Assembly: GCA_021740585.1 (NCBI GenBank)
Contig: JAIOZM010000001.1
Span: forward strand, 43,747 to 107,746
Length of the DNA: 64,000 bases
Reading direction: 5' to 3'
Origin: Bacteroidales bacterium
GTDB taxonomy: Bacteria > Bacteroidota > Bacteroidia > Bacteroidales > GCA-2748055
Each line of letters opens with the position of its first letter. Positions within the stretch are counted from its first letter, which is position 1. The translations under genes and the position numbers were made by a program. The notes beneath the pieces are model-generated. The model was not told the DNA's origin, did no database searches, and was given only the letters and a program-made list of their open reading frames with translations. This document shows, piece by piece, positions 1 through 9,109 of the stretch.

Positions 1-994
1 TGAATCCAAGATTGGAACTGCTGTATTCCGGAACTTCATAATTTCTGCTAAATATGGTGCAGTGACTGGCTGACATATTGAAGGCGCCTCCCCTAATTAC
101 ACGGGTTGATCCGCTTGGGGGACCTTGTGGATTTGTTGTCGGGCTTGAAATATAGTATGTAGGACTGTAAAAATCCATACACCACTCCTGTACGTTTCCG
201 CTCATATCATAACAACCATATGCGTTAGGTAATTTTTTACCAACTTCCTGAGTTTTACGATTGGAATTTGTATTATACCACGCAACCGAATTAATAAGGT
301 TGCTGCCTGCATAAGGATTTTGATTTTTTAAGCTATTATCGCCAGCAGCATATTCCCACTCAGCTTCTGTAGGTAAGCGATAAGTAGTTCCGCTGCTTCT
401 GTTTATTTTCCCAATAAATTCAAGCACATCCACATAACTCACTCTTTCAACAGGACATTGTGGGCAGGAATTATTTTCAGCAGGATTTGTACCCATTACC
501 TGAAACCACTGAGCCTGAGTTATTTCGTATTTACTTAGGTAAAAATCATCAACAGTTATTTTATGAATGGGTTTTTCATCATTTTCACCAGACTTTGAGC
601 CCATATTAATGCTTCCCCCGGTTACAAAAACAAATTCAATATCAAAATTTAATTTTTGACTACCTCTTATTTCGAATACGATCTCATTGGAAAAGAGGTC
701 CTGAAATTCTTCTAAAACACGCCAGGTAATCTGTCTGTTTGAACCCGAATAAATTTTAGCGCCAACATCACCCGAAACTTTCTGAAGAGGACCTGAAAAG
801 GTTCTGCCACCGTCTGTAGAAACATATAATTCAATTTCAAAGCTTTCTAACTGGTTATAATAATTGAAATCATAATTAACTATAATAAAATCACCTTTTT
901 GTACCGCCCGTATATTTGAAATGGATTGGGTAAAACAAATGGCTGGTGTCAGAAATAAAAATACGACTAAAGACTTTCGAATAAAACTAATCAT
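1..994 (-). CDS. Secreted FGE-sulfatase (SUMF1/formylglycine-generating-enzyme-like) domain protein; N-terminal 331 codons only, C-terminus lies left of the window
   Basis: Own translation of the minus strand from ATG 994..992: MISFIRKSLVVFLFLTPAICFTQS (signal peptide), a ~100-aa beta-rich N-domain, then FGE-type motifs YLSKYEITQAQW, RLPTEAEWEYAA, YGCYDMSGNVQEWCMDFY, RVIRGGAF, SSSNLGF. The frame is open to base 1. It is absent from the ORF track because no stop lies in the window. Confidence 0.8.
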   Translation of the reverse strand, partial: MISFIRKSLVVFLFLTPAICFTQSISNIRAVQKGDFIIVNYDFNYYNQLESFEIELYVSTDGGRTFSGPLQKVSGDVGAKIYSGSNRQITWRVLEEFQDLFSNEIVFEIRGSQKLNFDIEFVFVTGGSINMGSKSGENDEKPIHKITVDDFYLSKYEITQAQWFQVMGTNPAENNSCPQCPVERVSYVDVLEFIGKINRSSGTTYRLPTEAEWEYAAGDNSLKNQNPYAGSNLINSVAWYNTNSNRKTQEVGKKLPNAYGCYDMSGNVQEWCMDFYSPTYYISSPTTNPQGPPSGSTRVIRGGAFNMSASHCTIFSRNYEVPEYSSSNLGF

Positions 995-1249
995 TCTTAG
1001 TATATAATTGATTTCGGCTCTAAACCAAATTTAGTGAAAAAATTATTAATCCCAAAAAGTATTTAACAATCTATGCGCTACGTAATTTTTAAATGGCTTT
1101 TTTCAAAATAATTCCGCATAACAGTTTTGTAAGGCTATATAAGGTTTTCATGGAAAACTCAATAGGATTGACGGAAATAGGAGGCATTATTTTTGGACTT
1201 TGTTTTTTCTTTTAGATAATATTTTATAATTTGGTTAAGAATTAACCAT

Positions 1250-2218
1250 ATGCTAAAAACTATGAACCTGAAGAAACCCTTAATTTTCGCCCTGTCTGGG
1301 GCCGTTATTTTCGCGAACTCATGTTCCTCACCTCAAAAAATTCAGCAAACACAACCTGAACAATATGAGGTAAGTCCTGTACTTGAAGAACAAGCGAGCA
1401 CTTTAAAACGAAAAGTTGCCATCGCCAGATTTTCAAACGAGACTAAATACGGAAAAAGCATTTTTTATGACAAGGAAAATGATCCTCTTGGGAAGCAAGC
1501 TATGGATATTCTTACAGCAAAGCTTGCATCTACAGGAAAATTTATGCTTTTCGAAAGATCTGATCTGGATAAAATTATGGAAGAGATGAATCTGGGAGGT
1601 AATAATGATTCCGTTGTTATTAATGCAGATTATCTGATCATTGGGTCGGTATCTGAATTCGGACGGAATGTGGAGGGTGATGTTGGAGTTGTTAGCCGAA
1701 CCAAAACACAAACAGCCAGAGCCACAGTTAATATTCGCCTGGTTGATGTATATTCCGGACAAATTATTTATTCAGAGGAAGGTACCGGAGAAGCTACCTC
1801 AGAAGCCAAACAGGTTATGGGAGTTGGAGGCCAGGCTGGATATAACGAAACATTGAACGACCGGGCTATCTCTGCGGCCATCTCCAAACTTGTTAATGAT
1901 ATTATCCAAAACCTGTTGGATAAACCATGGCGGTCATATATTTTAGATATGGAGGATGGTAATATTATTATCTCAGGTGGTGAAAGTCAGGGCCTTACCA
2001 CTAATAAAGTTCTTGCCGTTATTGAAAAAGGTAAAAAAGTTAAAAACCCTCAAACCAATATGTATATTGAATTGCCCGGAAGAGAAGTGGGGAGAATAAG
2101 GGTGCTAAGTATGTTTGGAGATAATGAGTTGAACGAGGTATCTATTTGTGTGGCGGAAAGCGGAACCATTCCCACCTCTGATTTCGGGAAATACTTTATC
2201 CAGGAAATAGAAAAATAA
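1250..2218 (+). CDS. CsgG/LpoB-like outer-membrane lipoprotein with extra C-terminal domain
   Basis: Lipobox FANSC. KRKVAIARFSNETKYG ... GKQAMDILTAKLASTGKFMLFERSDLDKIMEEMNLGG matches the CsgG/HfaB-type core (VAV.pF.n ... l.t.L..sg.f.vveR..l..v..E). First gene of a four-gene lipoprotein operon with 1-50 nt gaps. Confidence 0.7.
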   Translation: MLKTMNLKKPLIFALSGAVIFANSCSSPQKIQQTQPEQYEVSPVLEEQASTLKRKVAIARFSNETKYGKSIFYDKENDPLGKQAMDILTAKLASTGKFMLFERSDLDKIMEEMNLGGNNDSVVINADYLIIGSVSEFGRNVEGDVGVVSRTKTQTARATVNIRLVDVYSGQIIYSEEGTGEATSEAKQVMGVGGQAGYNETLNDRAISAAISKLVNDIIQNLLDKPWRSYILDMEDGNIIISGGESQGLTTNKVLAVIEKGKKVKNPQTNMYIELPGREVGRIRVLSMFGDNELNEVSICVAESGTIPTSDFGKYFIQEIEK

Positions 2219-2219
2219 C

Positions 2220-2582
2220 ATGAAAAAATTATTAGTTTATTTAGTAGCAATTACACTTGTCTTTGGTATGTCATGTGCCGGAAACCGAACCATGGTAACT
2301 CAGGTATCGGATGCCAGCTATCTCGTTTTTTACGGGAAGAAATCCATGACAGCAGATGAGTATGGTCATTTTGTCGAGAATATGTATGAAGCGAAAATTG
2401 ATGACGTTACTACATTTAAAGTTGAATTGACCAAGAAGAGAAAGGACAACTTATTCGGAAGCAAAGTTTATCAGGTTGCGCCCGGAAAACACACAATTAA
2501 AGTTTATAAAAATGGGAATCTGATTATTAATAAGGTAATCTTTATTTCTAATCAGGAAACCATGGAGTTTGAATTATTATAG
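2220..2582 (+). CDS. Small lipoprotein, PEGA-like beta-sandwich (tentative)
   Basis: Signal/lipobox VFGMSC. The C-terminal pattern VAPGKHTIKVYKNGNLIINKVIFISNQETMEFEL resembles PEGA-type domains. The start is 1 nt after the CsgG-like stop. Confidence 0.45.
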   Translation: MKKLLVYLVAITLVFGMSCAGNRTMVTQVSDASYLVFYGKKSMTADEYGHFVENMYEAKIDDVTTFKVELTKKRKDNLFGSKVYQVAPGKHTIKVYKNGNLIINKVIFISNQETMEFELL

Positions 2583-2632
2583 CACTTTCTAACCAAATTA
2601 TAATTGTTTATTTCAAGACTAAACCTAAATCT

Positions 2633-2980
2633 ATGAGAAAATTATTTAAGTTAACTTTTTTGTTGTTAGGTGTATTTATACTTAGCAACTGTTCCGCTCC
2701 TAAACCACTCTATTATTGGGGTAACTATCAAGATACCTACTATAAGAATATGAAAAAGGCCGATGAGAAAGCCTACGACAATCACATAGCTACATTAGAT
2801 TTCATTCTAACAACTTCAGCAGAAAATGAGGTCAGGGTACCTCCTGGAATATATGCCGAGTATGGTTATATTAAACTTGCTGAAGGTAATCCAACTGAGG
2901 CCAGAAAGTTTTTCGAACTTGAGATGGCAACATATCCTGAATCGGCCCAGTTAATGACATTACTATTAGATAATCTTTAA
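2633..2980 (+). CDS. DUF4810-like lipoprotein
   Basis: Lipobox LSNC. Motifs PLYYWGNYQDTYY and VPPGIYAEYGYI...A.KFFELEMATYPES match my recollection of the DUF4810 family, which travels with CsgG-like and DUF799 genes. Confidence 0.7.
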   Translation: MRKLFKLTFLLLGVFILSNCSAPKPLYYWGNYQDTYYKNMKKADEKAYDNHIATLDFILTTSAENEVRVPPGIYAEYGYIKLAEGNPTEARKFFELEMATYPESAQLMTLLLDNL

Positions 2981-2992
2981 AAAATTATAGCT

Positions 2993-3715
2993 ATGAAACG
3001 ATATATCATATTTGGAATATTTCTAATCCCTTTTTTGTTTAGTTCCTGTACAACAACAAAGCTGACTAAACAACAGGCTTATCCTAAAATGTATGAGGAG
3101 AACCCATTGTCGCTGGTTGTTGCTCCACCAATAAATAATGAAACAGCCGCAGATGCCGGCGAATATTACCTTTCCACTATAGCCATTCCTACTACTTTGC
3201 AAGGCTTTTATATTTTCCCAATTCCTATCGTAATGGATATACTTAAGGATGAAGGAGCATACAATACAATTCATGAAATCCCTCAGCCGGTTATTGCACA
3301 AAAGATGTATGAATTATTTGGTGCCGATGCCACTTTATTTACAAATATTCTGAAGTGGGATAAAAAGTACAGGGTTACAGCTGCTTCTGTGGTAGTCTTG
3401 ATTGATTATAGAATTGTTTCTGGTAAGACAGGAGAAATCCTTTGGTCTCATGCAAAAGAAGTGGCAGTTGATACTTCGGTTGATACCGGGGCAGGCGGAA
3501 TAGCCGGATTGATAGCCGATGCTGTATTAACGGCTGCTAGCACGGCTCTTACAGATTACGTACCGGTTGCCAGAGCGGCAAACAATTATGCAATGATTCC
3601 TTTGCCTTATGGAAAGTATCATCCTTCCTTTGGCCTTGATAAGGAAACAAAAGTTGTTGTTTATAAGTCCAAAATTGAAGAATCCGGCGGCGGTCTGGAA
3701 CCGGATACAGAATAA
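2993..3715 (+). CDS. DUF799 (GNA1162-like) lipoprotein
   Basis: Lipobox FSSC. LVVAPPINNETAADAGEYYLSTIAIPTTLQGFYIFPIPIV and LFGADATLFTNILKWDKKY fit the DUF799 pattern (vlPp.N.s ... GYYVfP ... fGADAvLy..I..w). Confidence 0.7.
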   Translation: MKRYIIFGIFLIPFLFSSCTTTKLTKQQAYPKMYEENPLSLVVAPPINNETAADAGEYYLSTIAIPTTLQGFYIFPIPIVMDILKDEGAYNTIHEIPQPVIAQKMYELFGADATLFTNILKWDKKYRVTAASVVVLIDYRIVSGKTGEILWSHAKEVAVDTSVDTGAGGIAGLIADAVLTAASTALTDYVPVARAANNYAMIPLPYGKYHPSFGLDKETKVVVYKSKIEESGGGLEPDTE

Positions 3716-3737
3716 ACCTTTATTAAATTTTGTAAAC

Positions 3738-4289
3738 ATGATTAAATTCTTAAAAAAATCAGGTAAAGTCCTGCTAATTGCGGGTTTGATGGTAACCGGA
3801 TTTGCTTTTACAGCAAATTCTCAAATATTGCTTGGACCCGATTATGGACTTGAGGCAGCCAGTTTGAATGGCAATTCTCATACAAGAAGTGGAGGTCAGT
3901 TGAGCGCCAGCTATTTTATTAATCCGAATATCGCGTTTCGATTAACAATTTCTGCTTTTAGTAAGGAATTGGTGGATGCCGATTTTGCAACTATTGCCAA
4001 CTGGACAGTTGTTTCACAATTGTTTTCTGTGAATTATTATTTTCTGACATCAAATTTGCGACCTTATGTCAGCTTTGGCGGAGGTTTGTATAATGATAAA
4101 ATCAGTGATGAAAATGTTGTCGGGTATTACAATGATAACAGGCTTTATGTTGCACCGGAAGTTGGATTTTTAGCTAGTGTCTCACCAAAGCTTAAGCTGA
4201 ATGGGGGCATCAGGTATAATGTGGTTTTTGATACCGACGGTTCTCTGCTTACCTTCATAGGCCTTAAAGTGCCTCTGGTTTCGCATTAA
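3738..4289 (+). CDS. Small outer-membrane beta-barrel protein (OmpW/OprF-N-like porin family)
   Basis: Track ORF 3609..4289 trimmed to the in-frame ATG at 3738, which gives the signal peptide MIKFLKKSGKVLLIAGLMVTGFAFTANSQ. Alternating hydrophobic strands, with a C-terminal LTFIGLKVPLV-type strand. Confidence 0.6.
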   Translation: MIKFLKKSGKVLLIAGLMVTGFAFTANSQILLGPDYGLEAASLNGNSHTRSGGQLSASYFINPNIAFRLTISAFSKELVDADFATIANWTVVSQLFSVNYYFLTSNLRPYVSFGGGLYNDKISDENVVGYYNDNRLYVAPEVGFLASVSPKLKLNGGIRYNVVFDTDGSLLTFIGLKVPLVSH

Positions 4290-4307
4290 CAGTGCTGAAT
4301 AAAATAT

Positions 4308-4345
4308 AAATCAACGTTGGTGGATTTTTCCACTTTCGTTGATTT
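4308..4345. terminator. Bidirectional hairpin between convergent genes
   Basis: aaatcaacg (4308-4316) pairs with cgttgattt (4337-4345). An inner gtgga/tccac pairing is also present, followed by a T-rich tail. It sits between the stop at 4289 (+) and the stop at 4412 (-). Confidence 0.6.
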
Positions 4346-4411
4346 TATATTGTTGTGAAGAAATAGAAACAACAGCTTTCTAATTTTTCTGACGGAATAT
4401 GACCTTAGGTT

Positions 4412-6091
4412 TTATTCCGTTTTTCTGTTGACGAATACAAAATCACCTCCCTGATCGCCACTATTTTTAATTTTCCCAAATTGCGGAATGTTTTCGGTCG
4501 ATTCCATTACAGGGATTTTCAATTTGTAATAAAAGTCCTCAGCCGTAACGAATTTCTCCCTGTTTTCTTTAAGGTATTTAATCATATAAAACATAAAGGC
4601 ACTTTTATCCGGTACTTCATTAAGGTCTCCTGATGTCATCGCATTCCGGCTTGGACTTTCATATTTCTGAAGTATATCCATTCCGGCACCAGAAGGGAGC
4701 CCTCTTGTTCTGAATATTCCTCCGCTAAAACAGGCATCGGCAATAACAAGTGTGTGTTTCGTGGGCAGACTGCTAACAATGGCAGTAATTTTTGAATTGC
4801 TTAACCACAAAAGATTATTACCGGCTTCCGCATCTGCCGGCAGCCAGTAGCCTTTGCTACTTGCCTCATCCCAAACGCCATGACCTGAAAATACAATAAT
4901 CAAATTATCGTCGGGAGTTAAAGTTTTTTCCAGGTATTTTAAAGTGTCGATAATATCAAATGAAGTGGCATTATACATCTTAAATATATTCTCATCTTTA
5001 AAATTGTATTGTTCATTAAGAACCTGACTTAATTTAGTGAGATCTTCAACAGGTCCCTTTAGGTCGTTTACCATGGGGTCTTTGTATTCTGTTACACCAA
5101 TCAAAACCGCAAAAAATGACGCAGTCGATTCTTCAGGAGTTTTTTCAACAGTCTTTTCAGGTCTGTAATCGACAGAGATAATTCTTTCACTCCTATTGTG
5201 AAACTCATCGAATGCTTCCACCAGGATTGAATTTTCACCTACTTCCAGTATTGTTTTTGCAGAAAAACTCCCATCCACATTAAGGTGAGCTTCCTCTCCA
5301 TTTACAGCCACGGTAAATACTCCCGACAAATCTGTAGCTTTTCCATATATCATGCATTCCGGAGAGCCCAGAATATCCTCGTTTACCGGACTTTCAATAA
5401 TAAGATCAGGAGCTTTATAATCTTCCTTATCAATTTCTGTTTTCAGTGCATTTCTGTAATTTCTAATGGAATTGCTTCCTGCTAAAAAGATATTTATTTC
5501 AGCCTTATGATTGCCGGGAGGAATCATTTCCTCCCCTAAAGAACTAAGCAGGCTCTCAGTTTTTTTATTACCTGCTTTTGTTGCATCCACGAAAATCCAG
5601 GCTTTTGCGATTTCTGCATCGTCAATTCTGTCACACAGTTCATCAACCGACATCGAAAAGAAGAATTCGTTTTCTGTGGCGTCTATAGGAACCAGATAAA
5701 GTTTGCCTTTCTCATCATACGATATTTTCCCATTGAAATAGACAATTAGCTCAGCTTTTATTTTATCCTGATCCTGCGATTTGAGTTTAACAATCCGGCT
5801 AAGCATCAATTTAATGTGTGTGCTGAGGGCATCAGGGTAAAAGGAAATATTTGATTTTGCAACCAGTTTATTCCGTTCAAGAATCATCCTGAACTTTTCA
5901 GCATCATAAATGGAATGTAATACATCATCGGTATATCTGTCTGCATAGATCTGATAATTCTCGTTCCCAATTACCAATGCATATCTGTAGGTCAGATCGT
6001 TGGTGGGAGGAATAATCTTCCATGCAGGTTGGGCGCTGAGTTGAAAATGCGCAATGAAAAAGAAGGCAAAAGAAAGCACAGGTATTTTCAT
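4412..6091 (-). CDS. Secreted tandem caspase-fold protein: N-terminal pseudo-caspase, Ig-like linker, C-terminal active-looking peptidase C14 domain
   Basis: Signal peptide MKIPVLSFAFFFIAHFQLSAQ. C-domain: FAVLIGVTEYK ... LIIVFSGHG (His404, codon 4882..4880) ... TLVIADACFSG (Cys454, codon 4732..4730). N-domain is alignable (YALVIGNENYQ ... LIVYFNGKI ... WIFVDATKAG) but has Lys and Thr at the dyad positions. Confidence 0.8.
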   Translation of the reverse strand: MKIPVLSFAFFFIAHFQLSAQPAWKIIPPTNDLTYRYALVIGNENYQIYADRYTDDVLHSIYDAEKFRMILERNKLVAKSNISFYPDALSTHIKLMLSRIVKLKSQDQDKIKAELIVYFNGKISYDEKGKLYLVPIDATENEFFFSMSVDELCDRIDDAEIAKAWIFVDATKAGNKKTESLLSSLGEEMIPPGNHKAEINIFLAGSNSIRNYRNALKTEIDKEDYKAPDLIIESPVNEDILGSPECMIYGKATDLSGVFTVAVNGEEAHLNVDGSFSAKTILEVGENSILVEAFDEFHNRSERIISVDYRPEKTVEKTPEESTASFFAVLIGVTEYKDPMVNDLKGPVEDLTKLSQVLNEQYNFKDENIFKMYNATSFDIIDTLKYLEKTLTPDDNLIIVFSGHGVWDEASSKGYWLPADAEAGNNLLWLSNSKITAIVSSLPTKHTLVIADACFSGGIFRTRGLPSGAGMDILQKYESPSRNAMTSGDLNEVPDKSAFMFYMIKYLKENREKFVTAEDFYYKLKIPVMESTENIPQFGKIKNSGDQGGDFVFVNRKTE

Positions 6092-6191
6092 GCCGTTTTG
6101 AGTGAATAAGGTGTGGATAATCCTAAAAAACTAATTTATTAGTCAGCTAAACAGAATTGACTAGTTCAGGAGAAAACAGAAAAAATCGCTT

Positions 6192-6836
6192 TTAATTAAT
6201 TCCCATAAGAGTCTCAAGCTTCTCCTCATTGAGTTTTAGCTTGTTCTTTAATTCCTCACGAACAACTTTTTTAGCTATCTGGAGAGATTGATCAGTATCG
6301 TAAAATAAGCGTGACTGAACCTCAATCGTTCCTTTTTTCACATCCCGGTATAGCTTGAAAGATGGGTTTACATAACCAAGTTCCGTAGCGATAATATTCT
6401 TTGCAGAGGCTACTATTTCAGTTACCGATGCCGCTTCTTCAGTACTTAGCTGAGCATTCCCTACATTTGCACTAATAAGAGCGTTCATCTGGGTTTCAAT
6501 CTGACCGGCCAGCAATAACTTTCCAAGTTCAATGGATTGCATTTCTGCTGCAGACTTGGATTCTGCCACACCATTGCCGTCAGCATAAATATAACGTTGA
6601 GAACCATCTTCCTTGGTTTCGAGCTGTTTAAGCCAGGAGCTCTCAACTAATTTAGCCATAGGCAAGGATCCGGGAGGAACATACCAACCGTCTTTTTCCA
6701 GACTTTTAGCTTCCTTTCTTGCTTCTTTAATGGCCTTTTCTTTCAGCTCTTTTGTTAATTCCTTGTTCGTGTTTTGGGCATAAGATGAAAAAGAGAACAA
6801 GATAACAGCAATCACAAGCAAATTAAGTTTTTTCAT
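6192..6836 (-). CDS. Secreted coiled-coil / LPP20-like protein (tentative)
   Basis: Signal peptide MKKLNLLVIAVILFSFSSYAQ. A lysine/glutamate-rich helix is followed by GNGVAESKSAAEMQSIELGKLLLAGQIETQMNALIS, which resembles the LPP20-type A..A...A..eLa.qi core. Confidence 0.4.
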   Translation of the reverse strand: MKKLNLLVIAVILFSFSSYAQNTNKELTKELKEKAIKEARKEAKSLEKDGWYVPPGSLPMAKLVESSWLKQLETKEDGSQRYIYADGNGVAESKSAAEMQSIELGKLLLAGQIETQMNALISANVGNAQLSTEEAASVTEIVASAKNIIATELGYVNPSFKLYRDVKKGTIEVQSRLFYDTDQSLQIAKKVVREELKNKLKLNEEKLETLMGIN

Positions 6837-6953
6837 GTGTTTTAGGGTTTGGATTATAGGACAAGTTAATAAAAATGTAATTCTAAATGAAATTTAATCA
6901 GGTATTTATGAAAATATTATGTAACTTTATTTGCATTCTAATTCTATTCAGAA

Positions 6954-7871
6954 ATGTTAAGATCGGCTCTTATTCTAATCTTTTATACTCTTCTGACAAG
7001 TCCATTATTTTCTCAGGACAGAGTTCGCACCCGCGGTGAAGCACAGTTAGAGTGGTATAGCAGTATGTCGAGACTCGAAGTGGAAAAGCAGGCTAAAGAA
7101 TTAGCCACAATCGATGCTCTTGAAAGGGCATTCGGTAGAGTCGTGGTGCAGGGAAACGCTACTTTTATTGAAAATGTTCAATCGGGACAGACTGTTGAAA
7201 CTAATTCTGTGTTTAACATGATTGCCAACACCTCAGTAAGAGGTGAGGTTTATGAAGAGATAAGCTGTAGTTTTGAAGAAATTAAGGGTGTTAAGCTGGT
7301 TGAAGGCAATAAAATTGAGGTAACGGACATTCGGTGTAACATAACAATTATTGCCGTTCAGATAGAAACTCCTCCAATAAGTTTTGAAGGAAATGCTATG
7401 AATTGCCTTCACCGGGGATGTATTTCGGAAGTGTTTAATAGTGGAGATGATTTGTATTTTCAATTTAAATCGCCGGTATCAGGCTATTTAAGTATTTTCC
7501 TTGATGATGGGGAAACTGCTTCCCGTCTGTTACCATACAGAAATATGATCGATGAATTTGAGTCTGCAGTACCGGTTTCTGCAGATGTAAATTATGTATT
7601 TTTTAGTGAAGAAAATAACCAGCTTAAGATACCCTCTTTCATCATTGATGAATATATTCTGACCACTGATTCCCCTCAGGAGTTAAATCGATTATTTGTT
7701 ATTTTTTGCTCGGAGTCATTCCTAAAACCCAATCTCAATAGAGGTGAGCAGGATGCATTATTACCCGACGGAATTTCTTCTGAAGATTTCCAAAAATGGC
7801 TGCATAAAAACAGAGGCTATTTTAAAAATAAGATGCAGGTGGAAATTATCGACTTGCAGATTTTAAGATGA
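6954..7871 (+). CDS. Secreted protein with C-terminal DUF4384-like domain
   Basis: Signal peptide. FNSGDDLYFQFKSPVSGYLSIFLDDGETASRLLPY ... NRLFVIFCSE fits the DUF4384 pattern (Gd.v.l.v....dgYlyvf..d..G.v..LfP), a domain often found with caspase-fold proteins. Confidence 0.6.
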   Translation: MLRSALILIFYTLLTSPLFSQDRVRTRGEAQLEWYSSMSRLEVEKQAKELATIDALERAFGRVVVQGNATFIENVQSGQTVETNSVFNMIANTSVRGEVYEEISCSFEEIKGVKLVEGNKIEVTDIRCNITIIAVQIETPPISFEGNAMNCLHRGCISEVFNSGDDLYFQFKSPVSGYLSIFLDDGETASRLLPYRNMIDEFESAVPVSADVNYVFFSEENNQLKIPSFIIDEYILTTDSPQELNRLFVIFCSESFLKPNLNRGEQDALLPDGISSEDFQKWLHKNRGYFKNKMQVEIIDLQILR

Positions 7872-7997
7872 GAATAGAAAATGAGTCTGTTTTAGTAAGA
7901 ACCTGATATTTTCAAAAATTTATTTTCCCTTTTTGATTTTCCTTTAGCCTTGTCATATACTATTAATATGCTATTTTCGTAAAAAAAATAATATATA

Positions 7998-8630
7998 ATG
8001 AAAACTACACACAAGAATTTCCTGTTGATTTTTTCAATAATGATATTGTTTACCTCCTGCAAGGAAAAATCTTTGGTAAAGGAAGCTTCACAAGCAAGCA
8101 GTTCTGTTGATGAAGTTGTATCTGTTCAGGGAACAGATAATATGCCTGTGGAGGAAGACTTGCTTCGAAATGCAGGTTTAGATGGAGATATAGAAACAGT
8201 GAAAGAAATGATTGCAAGGAATGTGAATGTAAATGCATTGGATCAGGACGGTAGATCGGCTCTTATGTTTGCTTCCTTTAACGGTCATCTGGAAATTGTA
8301 AGGACTCTGAAAGAAAAGGGGGCGAAAATTAATCTGCAGGATTATGTTGGACGAACGGCTCTTATGTTTGCCTCTTCAGGAAAATTTCCTGAAACAGTGA
8401 AGTTTTTGCTTGAGAATGAGGCTGACCCAAATCTTATCGATCGGGAGGAAAACTTCACAGCCATTATGTTTGCTGCAGCAGAAGGAAATATGGAAGTGGT
8501 AAAGATATTACTTACTTATGGCGCCGATCCTAATCTGAAAGATGTTGATGGGGAAACGGCTGAATTGTTTGCACGCACCAATGGTCATCTTGAAGTGGCT
8601 GATTTTTTAAAGGAATGGACCGAAAAATAA
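7998..8630 (+). CDS. Ankyrin-repeat lipoprotein
   Basis: Lipobox FTSC. Four or more ANK repeats are visible (DGRSALMFASFNGHLEIVRTLKEKGAKIN, GRTALMFASSGKFPETVKFLLENEADPN, FTAIMFAAAEGNMEVVKILLTYGADPN, GETAELFARTNGHLEVADFL). Confidence 0.85.
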   Translation: MKTTHKNFLLIFSIMILFTSCKEKSLVKEASQASSSVDEVVSVQGTDNMPVEEDLLRNAGLDGDIETVKEMIARNVNVNALDQDGRSALMFASFNGHLEIVRTLKEKGAKINLQDYVGRTALMFASSGKFPETVKFLLENEADPNLIDREENFTAIMFAAAEGNMEVVKILLTYGADPNLKDVDGETAELFARTNGHLEVADFLKEWTEK

Positions 8631-8793
8631 AAATGCGTATGGGCAAGTCTTATCAGGAAGTATTTATAATCCTTTTTTTATAAAGACTGCTGAAAAAATT
8701 GTTTGTAAGCCCCTAAATTCTTCCCTCAAAATATTTCTTATTGGTCTCCCGATGTTGTAATTTTATTCTTTAAACATTTAAAACCATTTTTAT

Positions 8794-9108
8794 ATGATCA
8801 TTTCTACTACAGATTACATCCCGGGAAGGGAGATTTCTGAAATAGTCGGCGTAGCCAGAGGCAGCACTGTAAGGGCCCGAAACATTGGAAGAGATATTTT
8901 TGCAGCTCTAAAGAATGTTGTGGGAGGTGAAATAGAAGAATATACAAAATTACAGGCCTATTCGCGTGAGCAGGCATTGCAGCGAATGGAGGCCGATGGG
9001 AAAAAGCTTGGAGCTGATGCCATTATAAACGTAAGACTGGCAACATCCATGATAGTTCAAGGTGCAGCTGAGATTTTGGCTTACGGTACCGCTGTCAAAT
9101 TAAAATAA
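8794..9108 (+). CDS. YbjQ/UPF0145 family protein
   Basis: Full-length similarity to the UPF0145 pattern: TTDYIPGREI..VGVARGSTVRARNIGRDIFAALKNVVGGEI.EYT ... GADAIINVR. Confidence 0.8.
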   Translation: MIISTTDYIPGREISEIVGVARGSTVRARNIGRDIFAALKNVVGGEIEEYTKLQAYSREQALQRMEADGKKLGADAIINVRLATSMIVQGAAEILAYGTAVKLK

Positions 9109-9109
9109 T

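Noticed and set aside
1-994. DGR target: an FGE/C-type-lectin fold is a common diversity-generating-retroelement variable protein, and a possible Avd-like four-helix-bundle ORF lies at 58981..59298
   Set aside because: There is no reverse transcriptase ORF anywhere in the window and no template/variable repeat pair. The visible FGE C-terminal region looks like an ordinary SUMF1 domain. The two genes are 58 kb apart.
3609-3737. N-terminal 43 codons of track ORF 3609..4289
   Set aside because: They overlap the end of the DUF799-like gene, and a perfect signal peptide begins at the internal ATG 3738. The same logic trimmed the ORFs at 13156, 18064, 20104, 20955, 21798, 30768, 53569, 57766, 58398 and 59515.
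3738-6091. Bacterial gasdermin + caspase-like protease pair
   Set aside because: The neighbour of each caspase gene is a signal-peptide beta-barrel or a sensor phosphatase, not a ~250-aa cytoplasmic gasdermin-like protein. Both caspases are themselves exported.
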